Of a DNA stretch of 49,732 nucleotides, positions 1 through 8,556 are shown piece by piece (position 1 is the first letter of the stretch; each line of letters opens with the position of its first letter). The notes below the pieces were generated by a model that saw only the letters and a program-made list of their open reading frames with translations, was not told where the DNA came from and searched no databases. The stretch comes from a candidate division WWE3 bacterium CG22_combo_CG10-13_8_21_14_all_39_12 (lineage in GTDB: Bacteria > Patescibacteriota > 4484-211 > GCA-002791395), in assembly GCA_002771355.1 (NCBI GenBank), contig PCSU01000056.1, forward strand, positions 1-49,732, in the 5' to 3' direction. A program made the position numbers and the translations under genes.

Positions 1-131
1 ACTAGCGCACTGCGGGGAGTACTTCACTATCACCTACCTTTCTGTCCTAAGCTAGGACTTAATACGTTTTAAACGATACGACCGTCGGTACTTTTTCAAA
101 GACAATATATTATTAATGTTCAATTCGAAAT

Positions 132-2294
132 TTAAATCTCACACACACTAAACCCACACTCCTTACACTTCCAACAATTGTGTTCGTGGACAAGGGGTTT
201 GTCACAATCCGGACATTTTCGCACTTTTTCTTCCTCTGGCTTATTACCATCGCCAAACTCAAACACCTGTTCACTCTTAGTTGCATCTCTATATACCGTT
301 AACCCCTTACAACCCAATTTCCATGCATGAACATACGCATCTTTAATGTCTTCTGGTGTTGCCGTTGATGGCATATTTACCGTTTTTGTAATCGCATTAT
401 CTGTCCATTTCTGGAACGAAGCCTGCATACGAATATGATCTTTCCAGTTAATATCATGTGCTACCTTAAACACTTTTTTAATATCTGCGGGCACTTCATC
501 AATCCCTTGCACACTTCCATGATTTGCTAATATTTTTTGCATCAACTCTTCGCTGTACACACCCGCGGCCTTTAACCTATCTTTTAGTTTTTCATTCATG
601 GTTTTAAGCCGCATTCCTCCTAAAATATTTTGTTCGTACGCTAGTGCAAAATGAGGTTCAATCGCAAAACTCGTTTCGCAAATAACTGCATTACCACTAC
701 TTGGTGGGAATGTAAGCAAGGCCACGTTTCGAGGTTTTTCTTTTTTGTCAGCCCAGATTGAATCTTTAACCAATGGGAATGCGCCCTTTTCTTTTGCAAT
801 CTCAACCGATGATTCAAACGCAGCCTCGTACATTGTTTTAGTTACTTTTTCGGCAAGTTTAAACGCTTCCTCAGAATCGTAGGCAATATCTAAATCAATC
901 AAAGCATCTGCCCAACCCACACAACCCATTCCTAATCGGCGATGAGCACGAACTGACTCATCAACCTTTTTTACCGGAAACCACGAAGCATCAATCACGT
1001 TATCCATTAAGCGTGTTGCTATCTTCATAACCTCAGCCAACCGTTTGTGGTCAAACTTTCCGTTGTCAATGAACTTGGTGAAGTTTACATACCCCAAATT
1101 GCATGATTCATATGGATATAACGGCACTTCTCCGCACGGATTAGTAGCCATAATCATGCCACGTTTTTTAAGTAGCGGATTGGCAAGCGCTGTTCCCCGA
1201 TTCATAGCCGATAAGTTTAGAATACCAGGATCCCCTGTTGCCCAGGCTAACTGTGCAACCAAATCAAGAATAGAACGTGCTTTAACCGTATTTTCAACTT
1301 CACCCGTTCGTGGGTTAACTAAATCCCAGTTTTTACCTTCAACCGCAGCCTCCATAAAGTCATCCGTAATACCTATTGATATATTAGTTTTGGGTAAGTA
1401 TCCATCATTTTTCTTGGCGCTAATAAAGTTAAAAATGTCAGGATGATTGGTATTTAATACAGCCATGTTTCCGCTCTCGTAACGTCCTTCTTGTCTAAAC
1501 ATGCTCGTCATCAAATCAAACATCTCTATGAGGCGCACAGGGCCTGCAGCGAGTTCTGGAATACCATTTACTGTGTCTCCTTCGGGTCGAATGTGTGAAA
1601 AATTGTATCCGCACCCACCACCATTACGCTTAATCTGTGTTGATTGGTGCAGGATTTTAAAAATATCGTCAATATCATCTTCAAGTGGCCATACAAAACA
1701 GTTAGCCAGTTGTGAACGGTCTTTACCTGAATTAGTAAGAGTTCTTGTTCCAGGCAAAAAATCAAAACTTACCATTATTGATAAGAATTTTTCGTACCAT
1801 TCCTTTTTCTTTTTGGCTCCTTTTTCTACACTACTTAGGGCTTTCGCCACGCGCTCTAACATCTGGCGTGGCGTTTCAATTGTCTGACCCTTCTCATCCC
1901 GTTTTAAGTATCTACGCTTTAGAATGTATAGCGTGTTGTACGACAAACCAATATCATCTTCAATCCCTAAAGACTCTTTGTCTTGAATTGCATGCTTTTG
2001 GTTTTCACGGTACAAAATAAACTCTTTTGAAACTTTGGCGTGACCATGTTCAATTAAGATTTTTTCAACGCCATTACCAATCTGCTCAGATGCGATAACT
2101 TTTGAATCTGGATATGTATTTACTAAATGTAAAACTGCTTCATCGGCCAGAACTTGGGCACGCTCTTTATCCGTTCCGCCAACTTTTTGTACCGCTAACC
2201 AAATCGACTGCAAAATCTTATTTTGCAAAAATGGCTGCGTGTCACCATTTCGTTTTGTTACGGTTTTAAATGGTATGGTCTTTTTATTAATCAT
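132..2294 (-). CDS. nrdJ: Class II (adenosylcobalamin-dependent) ribonucleotide reductase, paralog 1: ATP-cone + catalytic core + fused C-terminal Cys-rich zinc-finger tail
   Basis: 720-aa ORF. N-terminal ATP-cone-like segment (VTKRNGDTQPF...ILYRE). Redox Cys motifs LANCFVWPLED and ESCNLGY. Thiyl-radical loop ATNPCGEV. C-terminus CPDC-x9-CWKCKEC-x4-C. Confidence 0.9.
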   Translation of the reverse strand: MINKKTIPFKTVTKRNGDTQPFLQNKILQSIWLAVQKVGGTDKERAQVLADEAVLHLVNTYPDSKVIASEQIGNGVEKILIEHGHAKVSKEFILYRENQKHAIQDKESLGIEDDIGLSYNTLYILKRRYLKRDEKGQTIETPRQMLERVAKALSSVEKGAKKKKEWYEKFLSIMVSFDFLPGTRTLTNSGKDRSQLANCFVWPLEDDIDDIFKILHQSTQIKRNGGGCGYNFSHIRPEGDTVNGIPELAAGPVRLIEMFDLMTSMFRQEGRYESGNMAVLNTNHPDIFNFISAKKNDGYLPKTNISIGITDDFMEAAVEGKNWDLVNPRTGEVENTVKARSILDLVAQLAWATGDPGILNLSAMNRGTALANPLLKKRGMIMATNPCGEVPLYPYESCNLGYVNFTKFIDNGKFDHKRLAEVMKIATRLMDNVIDASWFPVKKVDESVRAHRRLGMGCVGWADALIDLDIAYDSEEAFKLAEKVTKTMYEAAFESSVEIAKEKGAFPLVKDSIWADKKEKPRNVALLTFPPSSGNAVICETSFAIEPHFALAYEQNILGGMRLKTMNEKLKDRLKAAGVYSEELMQKILANHGSVQGIDEVPADIKKVFKVAHDINWKDHIRMQASFQKWTDNAITKTVNMPSTATPEDIKDAYVHAWKLGCKGLTVYRDATKSEQVFEFGDGNKPEEEKVRKCPDCDKPLVHEHNCWKCKECGFSVCEI

Positions 2295-2314
2295 GTTTTA
2301 GTGAGTACACATTA

Positions 2315-4426
2315 TTAGTTGTCCAGCGAATACTCACGTTTACCCAGTGGTGTTAAGTTAACTTTTGACTGGATCATTTGTGTATCTTCACCCGATGAAC
2401 CGCTGCCAGAACTTAATACCTGCATATCACGACTTCCATCTCGATAAATAGTTACCCCCTTACAACCTAGTTTCCACGACAACATATATACTTCTTTTAC
2501 ATCATCAATCGTTGCGCTGTTTGGCATATTGATGGTTTTTGAAATGGCATTATCTGTATGTTTTTGGAAAGCTGCCTGCATTTTTACGTGAAATGCTGGT
2601 GAAATCTCGTGTGCAGTTACAAATAGCTTTTGAATTTTTTCTGGAATTTCTTTATTGTTTTGAAGCGAACCATGTTTTGAAACTTCTCCTAACACCTCAT
2701 CGTTATAAAACCCATTCTTTTTTGCCATATCTTCAAAATATTGGTTTACATAAAACACGCCTTTAGCATCAACGACATTTTTCCTAAACGCAACAGCAAA
2801 TATTGGTTCAATCCCACTTGATGCATTGGCAACCATACTTATTGAACCCGTTGGAGCAATACTTGTTCTTGCTGCATTTCGCATTTTTACTTTCATTTTT
2901 TTGTAAATACTTAAATCGTAATGTGGGAACACACCTTTTTCTTTTGCCAACTCTGCTGATGCGTTAAAGGCAGTGTCATTTACAAACTTCATAACCTCTT
3001 CAGCCGTTTTTAAGGCTTTGGGTGTGTTGTAGGGAATTCCAAGCTGAATTAACATATCGGCAAACCCCATAATTCCAAGACCAATGCGCCGGTTGCCTTT
3101 AGCCATCTCGGTAATTTTTTCGACAGGATATTCACTCAAATCAACACCATTATCCATAAACCTGGACGCTAAAATGGTGATTCGTTCAAGTTCCTTGTAA
3201 TCAATTTTGCCATCTTTTACCAATACCGCCAAATTAATAGATCCTAGGTTACAAACATCAAACGGATGTAACCACTGTTCACCACAAATATTTGTTGATT
3301 CCAAAGGCCCAAGGCCAGGTAACGGATTTGTCTTATTGGTATTATCTAAAAAGAGCATTCCCGGATCTCCGTTATCCCACGCAAGAGAGGTCATGATATC
3401 AAAAATACCCTCAGCATTTAAGGTGTGTACTTTTGCTCCAGTCCTAGGATTTATAAGATCAAAATCGCTTCCCTTTTGAACTGCTTTCATAAACGTATCG
3501 GTTGCACCAACTGAAACATTAAACGTTGTAAGGTTTTTGCCACCCCGTTTTGCATGAATAAAATCTAAAATATCAGGATGGTTGGCATTTAATACCGCCA
3601 TACTTGCAGCTTTACGATGCCCACCCATACCAATAACCTGGTTAGATGCGTCAATAACATGCATAAATGAAATAGGTCCTGTGGAAAGTCCACCTGACGA
3701 TTCCACAAAGTCTCCCGCTGGACGAATACGTGAAAAATTGTATCCCACTCCCCCACCCGCTCGTTGCGTTATTATTGCGGACTGTTTGATTGATTCATAA
3801 ATTGACTCAATACTGTCTTCAATTGGTAACACATGACAGTTTGATAACGGACCTCCAAACCCAGCATTCCGAAGATAACTTCCACCTGGAATAAATTTAC
3901 GTTTGGCCATTAACTCAAAAAACCCTTCAGCATTGTTAACAATTTCTTTTTTGCTTAATCCATACCTTTTATCTACATCAGCAATTGAGCTTGATACCCG
4001 TTCAAAAAGTTGGGTTGGATTCTCAATTGGATTGCCTGATGCATCTTTGCGTAAATGCCTAGCTTTAAGCGCACGTAATGAATTTATCGGTAGTTCAAGT
4101 GCATCATCAATCCCCAAGCTTTTACGCTCTTCTCGACGCTGTTCACGGTTTTTTCGGTACAAAATAAACGCTTTGGCAACATCATAATAACCGGCCGCCA
4201 TAAGGCATTGCTCAATCACATCTTGAATCTGTTCAACTTCAGGAACAGTAACATGTGTCTTTTTTAAGATCTCAACAACAATCTCACTTAAGCGTTTTGC
4301 CTCCTTTTCACCAAATGCCGATAGAGAATCTGCCGCTTTAAAAATTGCACGAATAATCCGATCTTTATCGAAAGCAACTATTGAACCATCTCGTTTTTTA
4401 ATTGTTGTTAGTGTTTTAGGTGACAT
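2315..4426 (-). CDS. nrdJ: Class II ribonucleotide reductase, paralog 2: ATP-cone + core, no Cys tail
   Basis: 703-aa ORF, 20 nt upstream of paralog 1. ATP-cone (IKKRDGSIVAFDKDRI...ILYRK). LSNCHVLPIED, STNICGEQ and DVCNLGS motifs. C-terminus is Gly/Ser-rich with no cysteines. Confidence 0.88.
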   Translation of the reverse strand: MSPKTLTTIKKRDGSIVAFDKDRIIRAIFKAADSLSAFGEKEAKRLSEIVVEILKKTHVTVPEVEQIQDVIEQCLMAAGYYDVAKAFILYRKNREQRREERKSLGIDDALELPINSLRALKARHLRKDASGNPIENPTQLFERVSSSIADVDKRYGLSKKEIVNNAEGFFELMAKRKFIPGGSYLRNAGFGGPLSNCHVLPIEDSIESIYESIKQSAIITQRAGGGVGYNFSRIRPAGDFVESSGGLSTGPISFMHVIDASNQVIGMGGHRKAASMAVLNANHPDILDFIHAKRGGKNLTTFNVSVGATDTFMKAVQKGSDFDLINPRTGAKVHTLNAEGIFDIMTSLAWDNGDPGMLFLDNTNKTNPLPGLGPLESTNICGEQWLHPFDVCNLGSINLAVLVKDGKIDYKELERITILASRFMDNGVDLSEYPVEKITEMAKGNRRIGLGIMGFADMLIQLGIPYNTPKALKTAEEVMKFVNDTAFNASAELAKEKGVFPHYDLSIYKKMKVKMRNAARTSIAPTGSISMVANASSGIEPIFAVAFRKNVVDAKGVFYVNQYFEDMAKKNGFYNDEVLGEVSKHGSLQNNKEIPEKIQKLFVTAHEISPAFHVKMQAAFQKHTDNAISKTINMPNSATIDDVKEVYMLSWKLGCKGVTIYRDGSRDMQVLSSGSGSSGEDTQMIQSKVNLTPLGKREYSLDN

Positions 4427-4496
4427 CTAAAATGTGTACATTTTTTAAACTAGTAAGTTTTTTCGAATGATTTCATCATTCTTATTTTTACTCTTA

Positions 4497-6299
4497 TTAT
4501 TTTTCCAACCTCTTTGTCTTGCTGGTTGCCATTACTTGAAACATTTTTGAACCATCCCGATAAATGGTTACGCCTTTACAACGCTCCTTCCATGCCAACA
4601 TGTAGGCATTCTTAACATCATCAAGCGTAGCCTCATTTGGTAGATTAATGGTCTTACTTACAGAATTATCTGCATACTCTTGCCACGCTGCTTGAATCTT
4701 TACGTGATATTTCCAACTAATATCATGCGTGGTTACAAATACTTTTTTAAGGTCTTCAGGGATCTCATCAATCCCATGCAAACTCCCACCGTTTTCAATG
4801 ATCTTTTCAATAATAGTCTTTTTATGCAACCCTCGCTCTTTTAAGGTTTCTTCGAAAACAGGATCAAGATATGTCATCACTTCAGTTGGTTTGTTTTCAC
4901 TTGCCTTCTCAAAGGATGTTCGTCTTTCATATCCAAGTGAAAACGCAGGCTCTATTCCTGAGGTTGTGTTGGCTATCATTGATACCGTACCTGTTGGAGC
5001 AATGGTAAACATGGTACTGTTCCGGTACTTTTCGGCTGTACCTTTGTACGTTGAAATATCAAAATTCGGAAAAACCCCTCTGGTGGTGGCTAGCTCTAGA
5101 GACGCTTTTTCAAACTCCCCCTTAATAAACTTTGCCATTCGCCTGGCAAACCTGACACCTTCCATTGAGTTATAAGAAATACCAAGCTTAAATAACACAT
5201 GCCCAAACCCAATCACACCTGCACCAATTTTTCTATTTCCATACCGAACCATTTTTTCTGTCTCAGGCAATATGTATGTATTAACCTCAATCATATTATC
5301 CAAAAACCTCACAATAGTACGCGTAGTTTGAGCCAACGTATCCCAATCAACTGTCCAATCCTTTCCCTTTTTAACCATATGTGAATCAAGGTTTATTGAT
5401 GATAAATTACAACTCTCAAATGGAAGTAGAGGTTGTTCTCCACAAGGATTTGTCGCATTCAAAAGTCCTAGTGAGGGAGTAAAATTATCTTCTTCAGTGC
5501 GATCTAAAAACATGAGTCCTGGATCTCCACTAATCCACGCATGTTCAGAAATTTGATCAAACAGTGCCCTGGCTTTTATTTTTTTAACCACTTCCCCATT
5601 ACGTGGATTTACAAGCGACCACATTTTGTCGTCTTGTACCGCTTCCATGAATTCATTAGTAACACCAACCGAAATATTAAAGTTTTTAATTGTTTGATCC
5701 TCATCTTTAACTTGAATAAAATCCTCAATATCTGGATGATCAACGTTTAAAATTCCCATGTTTCCACCATGACGTTTGCCACCTTGAATAACTTTAGATA
5801 ATGCGGCTGAATAGGCCTGCAAAAAATCAACAGGACCAGATGCAGCATTTAATACTCCCCTGACCTTATCACCATGTGGGCGTATTTTTGAAAAGTTAAA
5901 TCCTGTACCACCATAATTTTTCTGAACAATTGCAGCTTTTCCTAGATTCTCAAAAATGGAGCTTATATTATCTTCAACTGGAATCACAAAACAGGGGGAT
6001 AACTGATTTGCTGCTGTTGGATTACCCGCTTCATAAAGAGTACTCCGTGTAACAATAAGTCTGTTTTCACGCATAGACTCAAAAAACATTTCACGAGCAG
6101 CCTCAACTTCGGTCCCATTTCCCCAATTAAGTTCAGCCTTTGCCATATGGTTTGCAACTCGAAGATATATCTCGCCCGGTGTCTCTAAAGACTTCCCATC
6201 ATCATCTGTAATAGAACAACGTGACACCAGTGTTTTTTTTGCATTAGGAGCCATCTTTGGTTCTTTAAAATACTTTGGTTTTTTTATATTTATTTTCAT
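4497..6299 (-). CDS. nrdJ: Class II ribonucleotide reductase, paralog 3: core only (no ATP-cone, no Cys tail)
   Basis: 600-aa ORF. LSPCFVIPVED, ATNPCGEQPLLPFESCNLSS and VTIYRDGS motifs. The start could alternatively be Met16 (MAPNAKK). Confidence 0.88.
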   Translation of the reverse strand: MKINIKKPKYFKEPKMAPNAKKTLVSRCSITDDDGKSLETPGEIYLRVANHMAKAELNWGNGTEVEAAREMFFESMRENRLIVTRSTLYEAGNPTAANQLSPCFVIPVEDNISSIFENLGKAAIVQKNYGGTGFNFSKIRPHGDKVRGVLNAASGPVDFLQAYSAALSKVIQGGKRHGGNMGILNVDHPDIEDFIQVKDEDQTIKNFNISVGVTNEFMEAVQDDKMWSLVNPRNGEVVKKIKARALFDQISEHAWISGDPGLMFLDRTEEDNFTPSLGLLNATNPCGEQPLLPFESCNLSSINLDSHMVKKGKDWTVDWDTLAQTTRTIVRFLDNMIEVNTYILPETEKMVRYGNRKIGAGVIGFGHVLFKLGISYNSMEGVRFARRMAKFIKGEFEKASLELATTRGVFPNFDISTYKGTAEKYRNSTMFTIAPTGTVSMIANTTSGIEPAFSLGYERRTSFEKASENKPTEVMTYLDPVFEETLKERGLHKKTIIEKIIENGGSLHGIDEIPEDLKKVFVTTHDISWKYHVKIQAAWQEYADNSVSKTINLPNEATLDDVKNAYMLAWKERCKGVTIYRDGSKMFQVMATSKTKRLEK

Positions 6300-6404
6300 A
6301 ATCTTAAGATGTAACCCTATCTATGGACTCAGAATATATAAGGGATTTCTGCCTTACCATATTCTGAATCCACAACTATAATTACCACTGGTAACTATAT
6401 ACCA

Positions 6405-6575
6405 CTAACTGCATTTTGTGTGTCCACATGACAAACACAAAAAACATCCTTCTTGAAAAGCAACAGGACCAGCCCCACATTCTGGACAGAAAAAGTTACT
6501 CGTCTGATCTTCTGCAGAATTAGTATTCTCATTGGCACCTGTTAATTGTATTGTTTGCGTCTCAGTTTGAATAAT
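6405..6575 (-). CDS. Stand-alone Cys-rich zinc-ribbon mini-protein resembling the class II RNR C-terminal redox tail (56 codons, putative ATT start)
   Basis: Hand translation of the minus strand gives IIQTETQTIQLTGANENTNSAEDQTSNFFCPECGAGPVAFQEGCFLCLSCGHTKCS, ending at TAG (6407-6405). The Cys spacing C-x2-C-x10-C-x2-C-x2-C-x4-C matches the tail of paralog 1. A strong SD, AAGGAGGTG (6588-6580), sits just upstream of ATT at 6575 (GGAGG core 6 nt upstream). The open frame contains no ATG, GTG or TTG. Confidence 0.5.
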   Translation of the reverse strand: MIQTETQTIQLTGANENTNSAEDQTSNFFCPECGAGPVAFQEGCFLCLSCGHTKCS

Positions 6576-6595
6576 AAAACACCTCCTTATGTTGT

Positions 6596-8341
6596 TTACT
6601 TTGCTCCTACCGTTAAAACTTGAGTATCTCTACTGTTATTTCTATATACGGTAACTCCTTTGCACTTTAAGTCGTACGCTTGAATATATACATTCTCAAC
6701 ATCTTCTATGGTTGATTGTTCTGGCATATTTACCGTTTTAGTAATAGCATTATCAGTAAATTCCTGAAACGCTGCTTGCATCTTTACATGCCATTCAGGT
6801 GATATATCATGTGCCGTAACAAAAGATCGCTTTAAATCATCAGGTATTGCATCAATATCCCTAACGGACCCTACAACACCAATTCGTTCCATAATTTCAT
6901 TAGAATTGACACCTCGTTTTTGAGATACTTTTTTAAAAACCGGATTAAGTTCAACAAGTTTTGTATCTCCCATTGTCTCCATGTTTTGCCTGGTATAAGC
7001 CAACGCAAAAAATGGTTCTATTCCGCCAGAAACCCCCGCAACAAGACTCGTTGTACCGGTTGGAGCAATTGTAGTTATTGTACAGTTTCGCATTCGATCA
7101 AAACCCCACTTTTCAAACACACTTTTATCAAAGTTCGGAAAACTTCCTTTCTCTTCAGCTAATTTCATTGATTCATCACGTCCAATATCAGTCATTCGCT
7201 TCATAAGTTTACGAGCCAACTCTAGCGCATCCTCGGAATCATAAGGAATTCCCTGATACGCCAACACATCAGCAAAGCCCATGACGCCAAGCCCAATTCG
7301 ACGATTACCATGATTAACATCATACATTTCTTGAATGGGGTATTCATTTAAATCAATACTATTGTCTAAAAATCTAACAGCAAGACGAACTACCCGTTCA
7401 TACTCATTCCAATCAAAAACATACCCTTCCTGCGTTTCATTCAAAAATCGTGGCAGAACAATAGAACCTAGTGTACATGCTTCATATGGAAGCAATGGTT
7501 GCTCACCACACTGATTGACTGACTCGATCTTTCCAACTCCAGGTACCGTATTGTGTCGATTAATTTCATCAATAAAAATCACGCCTGGTTCTGCACTACT
7601 GTGAGCACTCTCTGCAATTTGTCGTAATAATTTTCTGGCACTTACCGTTTCCCACACTTTTCCATCCCTCGGGTTGATGAGGTTAAAATCAGAATCCGTT
7701 TTTACAGCGTCCATAAATGCGTCAGTTATTGCAACAGAAATATTAAAATTAGTTAGCTGAGAGTAATCTTTTTTAGCATCAATAAATTTAAAAATATCTG
7801 GATGATCAACACGCAACACGCCCATATGTCCTGCATGACGAATCGAACCAATATTTAAAATCACTTCACTACTAAAGTCAAACAAACGCATAAATGAAAT
7901 TGGTCCTGTTGCTGGCTTTCCTGTTGATAAAATCATGTCCCCTTCAGGGCGAATTTTAGAAAAATCATAACCTACAGCAGCGCCAGCACGATGAACCAAA
8001 GCTGCATTATGGAGTGTTCCATAAATAGATGTTAAATGATCTTCAATGGGCAAAACAAAACATGCCGAAAGTATGCGATTTGACCGACCTGCGTTTCGCA
8101 TTGGAGTTCCTGACACAAATTTAAGACTCGATAAAATATCGTAAAAATCTTCTTCAACCGACTCAGCAGACCGACTGGTGGGATATTTATTCTCAACGGA
8201 GGCCAATGTTTTTGCAATACGCTCAAACATCTCTTCTGGAGTTTCAAGAACATTACCACTCTCATCCCTTCGAAGATACCGTTTTTCAAGTACCGTTAAT
8301 CCATTTTCGGGAATGTCTAGTGATGTTAGTACTTTACTCAT
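6596..8341 (-). CDS. nrdJ: Class II ribonucleotide reductase, paralog 4: core only
   Basis: 581-aa ORF. LSACFVLPIED, SVNQCGEQPLLPYEACTLGS and VTVYRNNS motifs. Ends ...TVGAK with no Cys tail. Confidence 0.88.
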   Translation of the reverse strand: MSKVLTSLDIPENGLTVLEKRYLRRDESGNVLETPEEMFERIAKTLASVENKYPTSRSAESVEEDFYDILSSLKFVSGTPMRNAGRSNRILSACFVLPIEDHLTSIYGTLHNAALVHRAGAAVGYDFSKIRPEGDMILSTGKPATGPISFMRLFDFSSEVILNIGSIRHAGHMGVLRVDHPDIFKFIDAKKDYSQLTNFNISVAITDAFMDAVKTDSDFNLINPRDGKVWETVSARKLLRQIAESAHSSAEPGVIFIDEINRHNTVPGVGKIESVNQCGEQPLLPYEACTLGSIVLPRFLNETQEGYVFDWNEYERVVRLAVRFLDNSIDLNEYPIQEMYDVNHGNRRIGLGVMGFADVLAYQGIPYDSEDALELARKLMKRMTDIGRDESMKLAEEKGSFPNFDKSVFEKWGFDRMRNCTITTIAPTGTTSLVAGVSGGIEPFFALAYTRQNMETMGDTKLVELNPVFKKVSQKRGVNSNEIMERIGVVGSVRDIDAIPDDLKRSFVTAHDISPEWHVKMQAAFQEFTDNAITKTVNMPEQSTIEDVENVYIQAYDLKCKGVTVYRNNSRDTQVLTVGAK

Positions 8342-8355
8342 GAGTGATACTTCTT

Positions 8356-8383
8356 ATCATAAAAAAAACAGAGTATTAGTCAA
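8356..8383 (-). promoter_or_regulatory. Candidate sigma70-type promoter for nrdJ paralog 4 (TTGACT-16 nt-TATGAT)
   Basis: Minus strand reads TTGACT (8383-8378), a 16-nt spacer, then TATGAT (8361-8356). The ATG lies 14 nt downstream of the -10 and no SD is visible. Confidence 0.45.
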
Positions 8384-8556
8384 CGGTACTTTTTTGCCGT
8401 TAGTTCATCCTTAATGGAGTGTACATAAAATCAAACCGTAGTACGGGCATGGATTGAAGGTAAGCAGTTTACTCATCGCATAGCTTGCAAACTGCCCTTT
8501 ACAATAATCTCAACTTACGGTATAGAGTTCATAAGAACAAACTTATAAAAAAAATT

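Noticed and set aside
1-131. Open frame 1 running from the window edge to a TAA at 70-72 (possible 3' end of a plus-strand gene), and a 6-bp hairpin GTCCTA-agc-TAGGAC at 44-58.
   Set aside because: Only 23 codons are visible with no recognisable motif. The hairpin is short and has no clear U-tract on the nrdJ strand. Neither can be called from this fragment.
1045-2020. Plus-strand ORFs inside the nrdJ genes (1045..1446, 1501..1887, 1745..2020), and analogous antisense ORFs throughout the track (for example 9824..10150, 27040..27399, 45371..45862).
   Set aside because: They lie entirely inside long, motif-rich minus-strand genes and have low-complexity or odd composition with no recognisable motifs. 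They are shadow ORFs typical of the opposite strand of real genes.
4465-4481. Hairpin GAATGAT-TTC-ATCATTC between nrdJ paralogs 3 and 2 as an intrinsic terminator.
   Set aside because: On the transcribed minus strand it is followed by an A-rich tract, not a U-rich one. The T-tract is on the plus strand, where no gene ends. The stem is 7 bp and AT-rich, so it is weak.
6372-6404. NrdR boxes upstream of nrdJ paralog 3.
   Set aside because: The two AACTATA..TACCAC elements are direct repeats, not the palindromic 16-bp NrdR-box type. I kept them only as unexplained repeats.
6596-6629. Programmed frameshift joining nrdJ paralog 4 to the zinc-ribbon frame.
   Set aside because: The zinc-ribbon frame is open across the paralog 4 stop, but I see no slippery heptamer. 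A strong SD sits between the two frames, which favours independent initiation. Sequencing error remains the main alternative and is listed under the finding.
8342-8556. Possible cobalamin riboswitch between nrdJ paralog 4 and the adenosyltransferase.
   Set aside because: I could not find the B12 box or the conserved core on either strand. Only short generic hairpins are present. It still deserves a covariance-model scan.
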